From Microgenomates group bacterium (lineage in GTDB: Bacteria > Patescibacteriota > Microgenomatia > UBA1400 > MFAQ01), in assembly GCA_049303575.1 (NCBI GenBank), contig JBAQNH010000002.1, positions 572,541 to 636,540 on the forward strand: a stretch of 64,000 nucleotides of DNA, given 5' to 3'. A model generated the notes under the pieces. The model saw only the letters and a list, made by a program, of their open reading frames with translations, was not told the origin of the DNA and ran no database searches. Shown one piece after another: positions 1 to 9,907 of the stretch. The position numbers were made by a program, and so were the translations under genes. The stretch's first letter is position 1, and every line of letters begins with the position of its first letter.

Positions 1-1
1 C

Positions 2-889
2 AAGCCCACCTTCCAGTACACCGCCGAAAAATATGGATTAGCCACCCCAACGGCTCTTCACTTACCAACTCCTATTTTTAACTTAATAAATGGAGGCAAG
101 CATGGTGCCGGAAATCTCGATTTTCAAGAGTTTCATATTATTCCCAGTAGCCAGAAAAAATTTTCCGAATCTTTGGAAATTGGCAGCGAACTTTATCACA
201 ATTTAAAAAATATTTTAGTAGAGAAAAAAGCTATTCATTCCGTCGGTGACGAGGGAGGTTTCGCTCCCAATTTGTTCAGCAACACCGATGCCATCGAACT
301 ATTAGTAGAAACTGTTGAGTCCAGTCGTTACAAACTTAATCAGGATGTCTTCATTGGTCTGGATATCGCCGCCAATGGGCTTCTCAAAAATGGTAAATAC
401 AAAATTAGCGATGTCAAAGATAATCTTTCCGGTGAAAAGTTCCGAGACTTTCTCATTGACCTCAACCAGAAATACAGCTTATTGTCCATTGAAGATCCCT
501 TCGGTGAAGATGACTGGAAAGACTGGTCTGATTTAACTTCAAGTGTTGGTAAACAGTTAATGATTGTTGGTGATGATCTCCTTGTCACTAACAAAAAACG
601 CTTACTGGAAGCTATCGAAAAAAATGCTTGTAACGCAATTTTGGTAAAGCCAAACCAAATTGGTACTATTTCTGAAACTGTTTCGGTTATAAAACTAGCT
701 AAGAAAAATAATTTTTCCGTTATTGTCTCTCATCGGTCCGGAGACACGGATGAAGATTTTCTGGCAGACTTCGCCGTTGGTGTTGGTGCTGATTTCGTCA
801 AATTTGGTGCTCCTGGTAGGGGAGAGCGGGTTGCAAAATACAATCGTTTATCCTTCATTCAAGAATATCTTAGTAGTTTGCATGGATAA
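2..889 (+). CDS. eno: Enolase (phosphopyruvate hydratase), 5'-partial; the gene continues upstream of the window
   Basis: Frame-2 translation from base 2 gives KPTFQYTAEKYGLATPT...NLINGGKHGAGNLDFQEFHIIP, and the C-terminus has SHRSGDTDEDFLADFAVGVGADFVKFGAPGRGERVAKYNRL. Both are typical enolase motifs. Stop TAA at 887-889. Confidence 0.9.
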   Translation, partial: KPTFQYTAEKYGLATPTALHLPTPIFNLINGGKHGAGNLDFQEFHIIPSSQKKFSESLEIGSELYHNLKNILVEKKAIHSVGDEGGFAPNLFSNTDAIELLVETVESSRYKLNQDVFIGLDIAANGLLKNGKYKISDVKDNLSGEKFRDFLIDLNQKYSLLSIEDPFGEDDWKDWSDLTSSVGKQLMIVGDDLLVTNKKRLLEAIEKNACNAILVKPNQIGTISETVSVIKLAKKNNFSVIVSHRSGDTDEDFLADFAVGVGADFVKFGAPGRGERVAKYNRLSFIQEYLSSLHG

Positions 890-2402
890 GAAATCGGTAA
901 TTCTCTGTATTCTCGATGGTTGGGGAATAGCTCCCCCTGGTCCAGGTAATGCCATAGACATTGCCAACCCAAAAACTTATAACTATCTGCTTCAAAACTA
1001 TCCCTCAACTCAACTTTTGGCTTCAGGACCGGCGGTCGGTTTACCCGAAGGTCAAGATGGCAATAGTGAAACTGGTCATTTGAACATTGGTGCAGGTAGA
1101 GTTGTCTTTCAGGATTTAGCCTTGATTAATATGGCCATAGCCGACGGAAGTTTTTTCACCAACAGAGCTTTACTGGACACCGTCAAACATCTCTCTTCTT
1201 TTCAGTCCAATCTCCATTTAATCGGTATGATTGGCAACTCTGGTGTTCACTCCTACAACGAACACCTCTTTGCCCTATTGTTATTTGCCAAAAAAAATAA
1301 CCTTCAAAATGTTTTTCTACATCTGATTACCGACGGACGTGATAGCCCTCCCGATAACGCCATCGAGCAAATAAAAATTGTTCAGGAAAAAATACGAGAG
1401 ATTGGAGTTGGCTCCATTGCTTCAATCATTGGACGATACTATGCCATGGATCGAGATCTACGTCTGGACAGAACCCAAAAAGCTTTTGACTGTCTTACAA
1501 AAACAAATCTCAGGTCGGAACAAGATCCTTCTGCTTATCTAGAAAAATCCTACGCCGCCAATATTTATGACGAGTTTATCGAGCCCGTTTCCATTGGAGA
1601 CAATTCCAATAACTCCAGAATCAAATCCGGAGATTCCGTTGTCTTTTTTAACTTCAGAACCGACAGACCAAGACAACTAACGGAAATGTTCTTTGGGTCG
1701 GGAATTCCCAATTTAAGATTTGTCACCATGACCAAATATCGCAAAGACTACCAAAATCCGGTTATGTTCTCTACCACTACGCTTTCCAATACCTTGGGGG
1801 AAGTCATTTCCAACCATAATTTAAATCAATTAAGAGCTGCCGAGACGGAAAAAATTGCTATGGTTAGCTACTACTTTAATGGCCAAAGCGAAGTTCCTTT
1901 TCCGGGAGAAACAAACCTCTTTATCGATTCCCAAAAAGTAACTACTTACGATCTCACTCCTCGTATGTCCACGGACAAACTCGTTGAGGAGTTTCAAAGA
2001 AAAATTAAGGAAGATAACTTTACTTTATCCGTCATCAACATCGCCTGTCCAGACATGGTTGCTCACACCGGCAAAATAGATAAAACCGTTGAAGCTATCA
2101 AGGCTGCTGATGACGCCATGGGAAATTTAGTTAATCTTTCCAAAGAAACAAACTCCTATTTATTAATCACCGCCGACCACGGTAACGCCGAAGAGCTACT
2201 AGACCTCAAAACAGGCAAGGTAAACACCCAGCACTCGAATTTTCCCGTACCCTTCATCGTCTATCATCCGACCGACAACAAATTTAAACTCCAGCCGGGA
2301 AAACTAGGTGATGTTGCTCCCACCATACTTTCGCTACTGGATTTCCCGGTACCTGCGGAAATGAACGGTAAGGATCTGATCTTAAGAGAAAAATCTCTTT
2401 AA
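882..2402 (+). CDS. gpmI: 2,3-bisphosphoglycerate-independent phosphoglycerate mutase
   Basis: ATG at 882 overlaps the eno stop (ATGGATAA). The protein MDKKSVILCILDGWGIAPPGPGNAIDIANPKTYNYL...ITADHGNAEE is the iPGM family. Glycolytic neighbour of eno. Confidence 0.9.
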   Translation: MDKKSVILCILDGWGIAPPGPGNAIDIANPKTYNYLLQNYPSTQLLASGPAVGLPEGQDGNSETGHLNIGAGRVVFQDLALINMAIADGSFFTNRALLDTVKHLSSFQSNLHLIGMIGNSGVHSYNEHLFALLLFAKKNNLQNVFLHLITDGRDSPPDNAIEQIKIVQEKIREIGVGSIASIIGRYYAMDRDLRLDRTQKAFDCLTKTNLRSEQDPSAYLEKSYAANIYDEFIEPVSIGDNSNNSRIKSGDSVVFFNFRTDRPRQLTEMFFGSGIPNLRFVTMTKYRKDYQNPVMFSTTTLSNTLGEVISNHNLNQLRAAETEKIAMVSYYFNGQSEVPFPGETNLFIDSQKVTTYDLTPRMSTDKLVEEFQRKIKEDNFTLSVINIACPDMVAHTGKIDKTVEAIKAADDAMGNLVNLSKETNSYLLITADHGNAEELLDLKTGKVNTQHSNFPVPFIVYHPTDNKFKLQPGKLGDVAPTILSLLDFPVPAEMNGKDLILREKSL

Positions 2403-3103
2403 CTGCCGATAGAAATCAGCAAAACCAGCTCTCCTTTAATTCTTTTTTCTTTTGACGACTCAAGCAGTTGTGTCAAACTTCCTCTTATTATTTTTTGCGA
2501 CACTTTCGTCAAATCCACAGCTAAACATGCGGGTGTATCCTTACCCATAATTGCAATTGCCTCAGGTAAGATTTTTTGAAGTCTCAAGGGGTTCTCATAA
2601 ATAACCGCTGTCATTTTTGAAATTGTACCCATTTCTTTAAGAGTTGCTAGCACTGCTGTTCTTTTTCCAATTTTCTTTGGTAAAAATCCCACGAAGATAT
2701 AACGATCGGTTGGTAATCCGGAAACAGCCAAAGCAGCGCTTTCCGCCGTTGGTCCCGGAACTACATCAACCTCCCAATTCATTTCTACGGCCTTACTGAC
2801 CAGCTTATACCCCGGGTCAGAAATCAGAGGCATACCAGCGTCAGAAACCAAAACCACAGACTCCAATGAACAAATTTCGGCTAGTATTCTTGGCAGTATT
2901 TTGGCTTCATTAAAATCGTTAATAAATCTAATTGTCCCGGAAAATTTTTGCACATGTCCCATCTGCATCAACTTACTCCACAAATTATTAAACATTCTGC
3001 TGTCCTCACAAATTAAATACTTAGCTTCCTGCAAAGTTTTTAAAGCCCGAAGAGATATATCCTCAATATTACCTATTGGGAGTCCGACTATGGTTAGTTT
3101 CAT
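2399..3103 (-). CDS. rsmI: 16S rRNA (cytidine1402-2'-O)-methyltransferase RsmI (tetrapyrrole-methylase fold)
   Basis: MKLTIVGLPIGNIEDISLRALKTL...SDAGMPLISDPGYKLV...VPGPTAESAALAVSGLP is the RsmI signature. It overlaps the gpmI 3' end convergently. Confidence 0.85.
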   Translation of the reverse strand: MKLTIVGLPIGNIEDISLRALKTLQEAKYLICEDSRMFNNLWSKLMQMGHVQKFSGTIRFINDFNEAKILPRILAEICSLESVVLVSDAGMPLISDPGYKLVSKAVEMNWEVDVVPGPTAESAALAVSGLPTDRYIFVGFLPKKIGKRTAVLATLKEMGTISKMTAVIYENPLRLQKILPEAIAIMGKDTPACLAVDLTKVSQKIIRGSLTQLLESSKEKRIKGELVLLISIGS

Positions 3104-3106
3104 AAA

Positions 3107-3727
3107 TTAAAATTTGCGTATAACGCCAACGCACTTACCCTGTACTTTAACATTAATTGCGAAAATAGGGGACATAGATGAGTTTGCCGGTTCCAAACGG
3201 ACTCTGGTTCTTTCGCGAAAAAATCTTTTTAAGGTAGCTAAACCGTTTTCTAGCAAAGCCACCACAATATCACCGTCCTTTACTCCGGCTGCATCACACT
3301 CTTCAATAATTACGTAATCATGGTCAAAGATTCCTTCTTCAATCATCGAGTCTCCCTTAACCTGTAAAACAAAGGCTCGTTTCTTGCCCGAAAGCATCGA
3401 TGCCGCCACCTTCATGGAAGCATTAGGGTCAGTTAGCGGTTCAATTGGTCTTCCGGCTGCGATAAAACCTAGTATTGGTAACTCAATTGAAGCCGACTCC
3501 ACGCTTCCACGATCAACCAGTGAAATTCCTCGAATTGCTCCCTCAAATTTTTTAATGATATTTTTCTTTTCCAAAGCTTGGAGATGTTCGTGAACGGTAG
3601 CCAGAGAAGAAACTCCAATTGCACCTGCAATTTCCGAAAGGGTGGGGGAGTAACCATTTTTTTGAATAAACTGGGAAATAAATTCCACGATCTGTCTTTG
3701 CCTTCGATAAAGTGTTACGGTCATAAC
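3107..3727 (-). CDS. lexA: LexA repressor (SOS regulator, S24 peptidase)
   Basis: N-terminal winged HTH (LYRRQRQIVEFISQFIQKNGYSPTLSEIAGAIGVSS) and C-terminal autocleavage domain (AAG cleavage site, VKGDSMIEEGIFDHDYVIIE...GDIVVALLENGLATLKRF). Start set at the internal Met (MTVTLYRRQ) of the longer ORF 3107..3808. Confidence 0.85.
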   Translation of the reverse strand, partial: VMTVTLYRRQRQIVEFISQFIQKNGYSPTLSEIAGAIGVSSLATVHEHLQALEKKNIIKKFEGAIRGISLVDRGSVESASIELPILGFIAAGRPIEPLTDPNASMKVAASMLSGKKRAFVLQVKGDSMIEEGIFDHDYVIIEECDAAGVKDGDIVVALLENGLATLKRFFRERTRVRLEPANSSMSPIFAINVKVQGKCVGVIRKF

Positions 3728-3777
3728 TTCATTATTACCAAACAATACCCAAAAGTCAAGCGCTCGAAACTTCACCC

Positions 3778-3797
3778 TTGCGGTGATATAATCGCAA
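3778..3797. promoter_or_regulatory. Candidate operator: inverted repeat TTGCG-N10-CGCAA overlapping an extended -10 (TGaTATAAT, 3784-3792) in the lexA/uvrB divergent intergenic region
   Basis: The sequence cccTTGCGgtgaTATAATCGCAAcc is read directly. It sits about 40 nt upstream of a GTG start preceded by AGGAGGG. Role as a LexA box is inference. Confidence 0.3.
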
Positions 3798-3833
3798 CCA
3801 ACAGACAATTTTGCATCTTAACAGGAGGGTATC

Positions 3834-4169
3834 GTGCTCAAAGAATTCCTAGACAGAATTTTGGGTATTAAAACCAAACCCCGTGTGGAAAATTCCCAGC
3901 AGGTGCCTGAGGGAATTGAAACCCAAACAGGACCAAGAAAGGAAATTCTTACGGGAGGATTTGTTTATGTACATCCCGAAGAGTGTGAAGGCTATACTAT
4001 GTTCACCGATAACATCGGCAATGCTGTTAAATTCATCCACTCGGCCAAAACACTCAAAGAAAAGAAAGAAAGAGAAAAACTGTACGAGGAAGTGGGTAAG
4101 AGGGAAGCACTCTATCTCGCCAATGCAATGGTAGCAAAAATACAAAAACATCTAGAATCAAATCAATAA
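3834..4169 (+). CDS. Hypothetical 111-aa protein downstream of the lexA-divergent promoter
   Basis: GTG start with strong SD (acAGGAGGGtatcGTG). Followed by a clean rho-independent terminator. No recognisable domain. Confidence 0.5.
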   Translation: MLKEFLDRILGIKTKPRVENSQQVPEGIETQTGPRKEILTGGFVYVHPEECEGYTMFTDNIGNAVKFIHSAKTLKEKKEREKLYEEVGKREALYLANAMVAKIQKHLESNQ

Positions 4170-4176
4170 AAAAACC

Positions 4177-4203
4177 ACCCGATCACCCGATCGGGTTTTT
4201 TTT
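4177..4203 (+). terminator. Rho-independent terminator (ACCCGATC-acc-GATCGGGT followed by T8)
   Basis: Perfect 8-bp stem and T-run seen directly after the 3834..4169 ORF. Confidence 0.7.
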
Positions 4204-4220
4204 CGGGTAAAATATAGACT

Positions 4221-6269
4221 GTGGAATTTAAGATTAAATCGGACTACCAACCCACGGGGGACCAACCTCAAGCAATTGAGCAACTTTCCACAGCCATTTC
4301 TTCCGGGAATCCTCACCAAACTCTTTTGGGGGTTACCGGCTCAGGAAAAACATATACTGTCGCGAAAGTAATCGAAAAAACTCAACTACCCACTCTTGTC
4401 ATCTGTCACAATAAAACTCTCGCCAGTCAGCTATACCAAGAGTTCCGTGATTTTTTCCCGGACAACGCCGTTAGTTACTTTGTCAGCTACTACGACTACT
4501 ACCAACCGGAAGCATATCTTCCCAGCTCAGACACTTACATCGAAAAAGAAGCCGACATTAATCCGGAGATCGATAAACTTAGACTTACCACTACCGCCAA
4601 CCTCTTGTCTCGTCCGGACAGTATTGTCATTGCCTCGGTCTCTTGTATCTACAACATTGGCTCACCAATAGATCAAGAAAAAAATATTCTTACCCTGGCA
4701 ATAGGTCAGGTAATTGCCCGAGACACCGTACTTATGAGACTCGGTGATCTTCAGTACACTAGAACTAACGCCGAACTTTCTCGAGGCACTTTTAGAGCTA
4801 TTGGTAGCACCGTTCAGCTATACCCCTCATACAAAGACATCGTTATTTCCATGGTTTTTGAAGGTAACATTTTAAAAACAATCGACATTCTGGATCCCTA
4901 CAACTTTACAAAAACTGCCGACCCGGATCTTGAAAAAAGTGGTTTAATCACCATCAATCCAGCTAAGCTCTTCATTACTGATCCCAAAACACAAGGACAA
5001 GCTATCGACAATATTCGAAAGGATCTACAAACTCAAATCGAAAAATTTAAAAGCGAAGGTAAAACCATCGAAGCCTACCGTTTGGAACAAAAAGTTAACT
5101 ATGACCTTTCTATGTTAGAAGAAGTCGGCTATGTAAATGGCATTGAAAACTACTCCCGTTACTTTGACGGACGTAAACCGGGAGAACCCCCATATTCCTT
5201 ACTGGAATATTTTCACTACAACGCCAAAAAATTTCATAAAAAGGGTTTCCTCACCGTCATTGATGAATCACATATTAGTCTCCCTCAAATACGTGGCATG
5301 TATAACGGTGATCAATCAAGAAAAGAAAATCTCATCAATTATGGTTTTCGTTTACCTAGTGCCAAAGACAACCGTCCTTTAACTTTCACCGAGTTTCAGT
5401 CCCGCACACCACAAAACCTTTACTGTTCCGCTACTCCCAGTGATTATGAACTTTCTCTCTCGAAATCAAGCACCATTCCTACCGTAGCAGAGCAACTCAT
5501 CCGCCCAACCGGCCTCTTGGACCCGGAAGTATTTGTCCGTCCTGTCAAAGGCCAGATCGAAGACATTAGTAGGGAAGTCCTTGAACGGAAACTTAAAGGG
5601 GAGAGAACTTTGGTTCTCACTATGACGAAAAAAATGGCTGAGGATCTGTCAGAACATCTCCGCGAAAAATACAAAATTAAAGTCGAATACCTTCACTCAG
5701 ACATCAAAACTCTAGACCGAGCCGATATTCTCGAAAGTCTCCGTCTGGGAAATGTTGATTGTTTGGTGGGTATCAATCTTCTCCGCGAAGGTCTCGATCT
5801 ACCGGAAGTCTCTCTGGTTGCCATACTTGACGCCGACAAAGAAGGTTTTCTCCGTACACCAACTGCCCTAATACAAACAATGGGTAGAGCCGCTCGTCAC
5901 ATCAACGGTCAGGTCGTTCTTTACGCCGATAAAATCTCACCCTCCATGGACATTGCAATGAAAGAAACTGCCAGAAGAAGAATTACCCAAGCCCTCTACA
6001 ACAAAAAACACGGTATCACTCCCATCGGTATCAACAAACCCATAAGGGAAGCCTTGCTTCATCGTGACTCGAGCGGTCCAGCACCAAAAATCAAGGAACT
6101 TGCCGAGTTCGGTTGGACGGAAATTGAAGATGTTAATGCCGAGTCGCTTACTCCACAAAAGAAAAAGGTCTTGATAACTAAACTCAAAAAGATGATGACC
6201 CAAGCCGCCAACTCCTGGAACTTCGAGCTTGCTGCTCGCTACCGCGACACCATCCAAAGGTTGCAATAA
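4221..6269 (+). CDS. uvrB: Excinuclease ABC subunit B
   Basis: GTG start. MEFKIKSDYQPTGDQPQAIEQL...GVTGSGKTYTVAKVIE... plus helicase motifs and the C-terminal UvrB/UvrC-interaction motif (ELAARYRDTIQRLQ). Confidence 0.95.
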   Translation: MEFKIKSDYQPTGDQPQAIEQLSTAISSGNPHQTLLGVTGSGKTYTVAKVIEKTQLPTLVICHNKTLASQLYQEFRDFFPDNAVSYFVSYYDYYQPEAYLPSSDTYIEKEADINPEIDKLRLTTTANLLSRPDSIVIASVSCIYNIGSPIDQEKNILTLAIGQVIARDTVLMRLGDLQYTRTNAELSRGTFRAIGSTVQLYPSYKDIVISMVFEGNILKTIDILDPYNFTKTADPDLEKSGLITINPAKLFITDPKTQGQAIDNIRKDLQTQIEKFKSEGKTIEAYRLEQKVNYDLSMLEEVGYVNGIENYSRYFDGRKPGEPPYSLLEYFHYNAKKFHKKGFLTVIDESHISLPQIRGMYNGDQSRKENLINYGFRLPSAKDNRPLTFTEFQSRTPQNLYCSATPSDYELSLSKSSTIPTVAEQLIRPTGLLDPEVFVRPVKGQIEDISREVLERKLKGERTLVLTMTKKMAEDLSEHLREKYKIKVEYLHSDIKTLDRADILESLRLGNVDCLVGINLLREGLDLPEVSLVAILDADKEGFLRTPTALIQTMGRAARHINGQVVLYADKISPSMDIAMKETARRRITQALYNKKHGITPIGINKPIREALLHRDSSGPAPKIKELAEFGWTEIEDVNAESLTPQKKKVLITKLKKMMTQAANSWNFELAARYRDTIQRLQ

Positions 6270-6902
6270 TTAGCGGAATTTACAAGCCGTAACAACTCTA
6301 CCACCGATAGCGTCTCTGGAAGATGAAGTATCAATTTTTCTATCACCGATCGCTAGATCATCTGGATCAAAATTATTATTTTCCAGAAACTCCGCCAACA
6401 CTTTCATTGCTTTCTTACCATAGAACTGACTTTCCCTAGTACGATTATCCAAGAGAATAAATAACTGTGTCCCTTTTTTGCAAAATCTTTCAATATCGCT
6501 CAGTAAACCTTCCTCAACAATGCTCTGTGGGTTTGGCGCCACCATCATTATTAAATCGACCTTTACATCCGGTAGTTCATCAGTATAGCCAGGTACAATT
6601 ACTCTTTTTGTATCCTCGTCAATCCTTAAGGAACCTTTTCGAAAATCAATATTATTTGCGTTGATTGCCCGATCTACTCCGATCCAAAGATCACCCTTTC
6701 TTTGACTAACTGATAAATTAGTTCTCTCTCCTCCCGGACCAACATCCAAAACCACAAAATTTCTACCAACAAGAAGGTTCTCCATCTTTTCTTTCTTTTC
6801 CACGGCCCTCATATTACCAAAATCAACCACTTCATAACTTAGGCTACTGCTGATTTCAGTCTTCTTTGCTTTTTCCGAATTTTCGTTATTCGTTATTTCC
6901 AT
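6270..6902 (-). CDS. Putative SAM-dependent methyltransferase-fold protein (TrmB-like pattern). Function uncertain
   Basis: VVLDVGPGGERTNLSV...LWIGVD...KVDLIMMVAPNP resembles motif I / motif II / post-II of class I methyltransferases, closest to the tRNA m7G46 methyltransferase layout. Not a confident family call. Confidence 0.4.
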   Translation of the reverse strand: MEITNNENSEKAKKTEISSSLSYEVVDFGNMRAVEKKEKMENLLVGRNFVVLDVGPGGERTNLSVSQRKGDLWIGVDRAINANNIDFRKGSLRIDEDTKRVIVPGYTDELPDVKVDLIMMVAPNPQSIVEEGLLSDIERFCKKGTQLFILLDNRTRESQFYGKKAMKVLAEFLENNNFDPDDLAIGDRKIDTSSSRDAIGGRVVTACKFR

Positions 6903-6958
6903 ATCACCATTATAAGCACATTTACATTAACAGTCATTCGGGTATTTTAGGGTGAAAA

Positions 6959-9901
6959 ATGTTAAAATATAGCGTTATGTCGGAAATCTCACCATCAACC
7001 CATCTCATCATCAGGGGAGCCCGTCAACATAATCTTAAAAATGTTGACCTGATAATTCCCAAAAACAAGCTGGTGGTTTTCACTGGTGTTTCGGGTAGTG
7101 GTAAATCCAGTATGGCTCACGACACCATCTATGCCGAAGGTCAACGTCGCTATGTCGAGTCTCTAAGCTCATACGCCAGACAGTTCTTAGGTGTTATGGA
7201 TAAACCAGATGTTGATCAGATTGAGGGTTTGTCTCCGGCCATTCTCATTGACCAAAAACAGGGAAGTCACAATCCCAGAAGTACCGTCGGTACCGTCACT
7301 GAAGTTTACGACTATCTCCGTTTACTTTTTGCTCGTATTGGTCATCCTCATTGTCCAAACTGTGGCCGAGAAATTATGCCTCAAGACATTAATCAAATCT
7401 ACAAAGCAGTTGTCGAGTTGGCTGTTTCCCATCCCTCATACCAAAAACAAAAGGGGACTAGGGTTATGATCATGGCTCCTTTGGTAAAAAATCAAAAAGG
7501 TGAATTTGCCGATTTATTTCCCAATTTATACAAACAAGGTATTGCGCAAGTTAGAGTTGATGGAAAAATTCTCTCGACCCAATCAACTTTAAGTCTTTTC
7601 AAAAATAATCGTCACAACATCGAAGCCATTATCGATAAACTGGTCATTGGCCAAGTAAACAACGGCATCGAATACGAAAAACAACGTTTGATTGACTCCA
7701 TTGAACAGTCAATCAAAATGGCTGACGGTGAAAGCATCATCAGTATTGTTGACGATCCATCTCTTTCCTTTCCTGAGAATCCGGAAAAAATGGAGGATCA
7801 TCTTTTTTCTCAAAAACTATCCTGTCCTGTTTGTAACATCTCGATTCCCGAAATAGAACCTCGTTATTTTTCCTTCAACGCTCCCGACGGGGCCTGTCCC
7901 GAATGTACTGGTCTGGGAACTAAAATGGTTCTCGACACGGACAGTATTATTTCTCCGACCCTTACCCTTTACGAAGGAGCTATCATTCCGTTAGCTTCTC
8001 AATTTGAAACACGTACTTGGTTGGCTAAACTCATTGTCGAAGCCATGAGTTCGGTAGATTTTTTACCTACCACTCCCTTGAGTCAAATGACCGAGAAACA
8101 AAGTCAAGCCCTGTTCTCCGGCACCGGAGATAAAATTTTCTCCGTCAAAGGCATTAACCGTCACGGAAAATCTGTTTCGTGGAAAAGTAAGTACGAAGGT
8201 CTCGCCAAAGAGTTTGAACGCCGCTATACCGAAACAAGCTCTGATGCTCTTAAAGAAGAAATCGAAAAATACTTAATCAAAAAAACCTGTCCTGTTTGTC
8301 AGGGAACCCGTCTCAAACCGGAAGTTCTTGCTGTCCACGTTGATGGCAAATCCATTAGTGAAGTAACCGCACAATCAATTGAGAATGATGTTGTCTTTTT
8401 TGAAGAATTAAATAAAAAACTTACTCCCTCGGAACAACAAATTAGTCTTCCCATTGTCAAAGAAATAGGGGACAGACTTAGTTTCCTTGTCTCGGTTGGT
8501 CTTGACTATCTGACTCTAGGTAGAGAGTCGGGTACTTTATCTGGTGGTGAACTTCAGCGAATTCGACTGGCAAGTCAAATTGGTTCTCGCCTTACCGGTA
8601 TTCTCTATGTTCTTGACGAACCCACCATCGGTCTTCATCAAAGAGACAATGCCAAACTCATTAAAACACTTCAAGAGCTAGTTAATCTCGGCAACTCCCT
8701 CGTCGTCGTTGAACACGACCAACAAACAATGGAGTCGGCTGATCACTTGGTTGAGTTTGGACCTCAAGCAGGAGAACTTGGCGGCAAAATTACTTTTGAG
8801 GGAACAATCGAGGAAATGAAAAAGTCCGGCTGTATTACTGGAAAATATATTTCTGGTGTAAATAAAATTATCGCCAACAAACCCAAAAATCCACCTGAAA
8901 GCCAGGGCTCAATTCGTTTGTCGGGTTGTAACCATCACAACCTCAAAGATGTCGACGCCGAGTTCCCCTTGAACAGATTTATTGCTGTTACCGGTGTTTC
9001 CGGTTCTGGAAAATCATCTCTTGTCGTTGAAACACTTTACGAGGCCTTATCCCAAAAACTCAACTCTATGCACCGCAAACAGGACATTACCTATGGTTCT
9101 ATCTTGATTCCCGATGCCGTCAAAAGAGTCTCTTTAATTGACCAAAGTCCAATCGGTAAAACTCCAAGAAGTAATCCTGCTACCTACACCAAAGTCTTTG
9201 ACCACATTCGTTTACTTTTTTCAAACACTCAAGAGGCTCGTTTCCGTGGATACGGACCGGGACGTTTTAGTTTTAATGTCAAAGGCGGTCGCTGTGAAAC
9301 CTGCCAGGGTGATGGTCAGCTGAAAATCGAAATGCAGTTTATGGGGGATATTTATATTACCTGTGACACCTGTAAGGGAGCACGGTTCAACGAACCAACA
9401 CTGGAGGTTGAGTACAAAGGTAAAAACATCGCCGACGTTCTAAGTATGACCATGGACGAAGCTGCTATCTTTTTCAAAAACATTCCTACCATAAACAAAA
9501 AACTCGATACCATCCGAAAAGTTGGTTTGGGATACATCAAGATGGGCCAGTCAGCACCAACCCTCTCCGGTGGAGAAGCCCAGCGTGTTAAGCTTGCCAC
9601 CGAACTAGCCAAAACCGGCAATGGCCACACCGTTTATATTCTCGACGAACCAACCACCGGACTCCATTTTGCCGATCTTAGCAAACTTGTCCAAACTTTA
9701 GTTGACCTGGTCAATCAGAACAACACCGTTATTGTCATCGAGCACAATCTTGACGTCATCAAAAATGCCGATTACCTCATTGATATGGGTCCCGAGGGTG
9801 GAAATGAGGGCGGAGAAATAATTGCCACGGGAAGTCCTCAAAAAATTGCTGATCACTTTGATACTGCTACTTCACAGGAATTAAAGAAACTTCTGTTGTA
9901 A
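6959..9901 (+). CDS. uvrA: Excinuclease ABC subunit A
   Basis: IIRGARQHNLKNVDLIIPKNKLVVFTGVSGSGKSS, two ABC ATPase modules, zinc-finger CxxC pairs, LSGGEAQRVKLA signature. The true start may be the internal Met at 6977. Confidence 0.95.
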   Translation: MLKYSVMSEISPSTHLIIRGARQHNLKNVDLIIPKNKLVVFTGVSGSGKSSMAHDTIYAEGQRRYVESLSSYARQFLGVMDKPDVDQIEGLSPAILIDQKQGSHNPRSTVGTVTEVYDYLRLLFARIGHPHCPNCGREIMPQDINQIYKAVVELAVSHPSYQKQKGTRVMIMAPLVKNQKGEFADLFPNLYKQGIAQVRVDGKILSTQSTLSLFKNNRHNIEAIIDKLVIGQVNNGIEYEKQRLIDSIEQSIKMADGESIISIVDDPSLSFPENPEKMEDHLFSQKLSCPVCNISIPEIEPRYFSFNAPDGACPECTGLGTKMVLDTDSIISPTLTLYEGAIIPLASQFETRTWLAKLIVEAMSSVDFLPTTPLSQMTEKQSQALFSGTGDKIFSVKGINRHGKSVSWKSKYEGLAKEFERRYTETSSDALKEEIEKYLIKKTCPVCQGTRLKPEVLAVHVDGKSISEVTAQSIENDVVFFEELNKKLTPSEQQISLPIVKEIGDRLSFLVSVGLDYLTLGRESGTLSGGELQRIRLASQIGSRLTGILYVLDEPTIGLHQRDNAKLIKTLQELVNLGNSLVVVEHDQQTMESADHLVEFGPQAGELGGKITFEGTIEEMKKSGCITGKYISGVNKIIANKPKNPPESQGSIRLSGCNHHNLKDVDAEFPLNRFIAVTGVSGSGKSSLVVETLYEALSQKLNSMHRKQDITYGSILIPDAVKRVSLIDQSPIGKTPRSNPATYTKVFDHIRLLFSNTQEARFRGYGPGRFSFNVKGGRCETCQGDGQLKIEMQFMGDIYITCDTCKGARFNEPTLEVEYKGKNIADVLSMTMDEAAIFFKNIPTINKKLDTIRKVGLGYIKMGQSAPTLSGGEAQRVKLATELAKTGNGHTVYILDEPTTGLHFADLSKLVQTLVDLVNQNNTVIVIEHNLDVIKNADYLIDMGPEGGNEGGEIIATGSPQKIADHFDTATSQELKKLLL

Positions 9902-9907
9902 TATCAA

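Noticed and set aside
3728-3808. Longer LexA start (MSVGCDYITARVKFRALDFWVLFGNNEV...)
   Set aside because: The extra 27 aa have no counterpart in LexA proteins and would overlap the divergent promoter and operator region. The internal Met restores the canonical LexA N-terminus.
4396-4671. Internal and antisense ORFs inside uvrB, uvrA, typA, PBP1A, gyrB, the KAP NTPase and others (e.g. 4396..4671, 7191..7469, 9352..9630, 42672..43079, 61632..62198)
   Set aside because: They are embedded in strongly supported conserved genes in other frames or strands. They are low-complexity and have no start or SD context.
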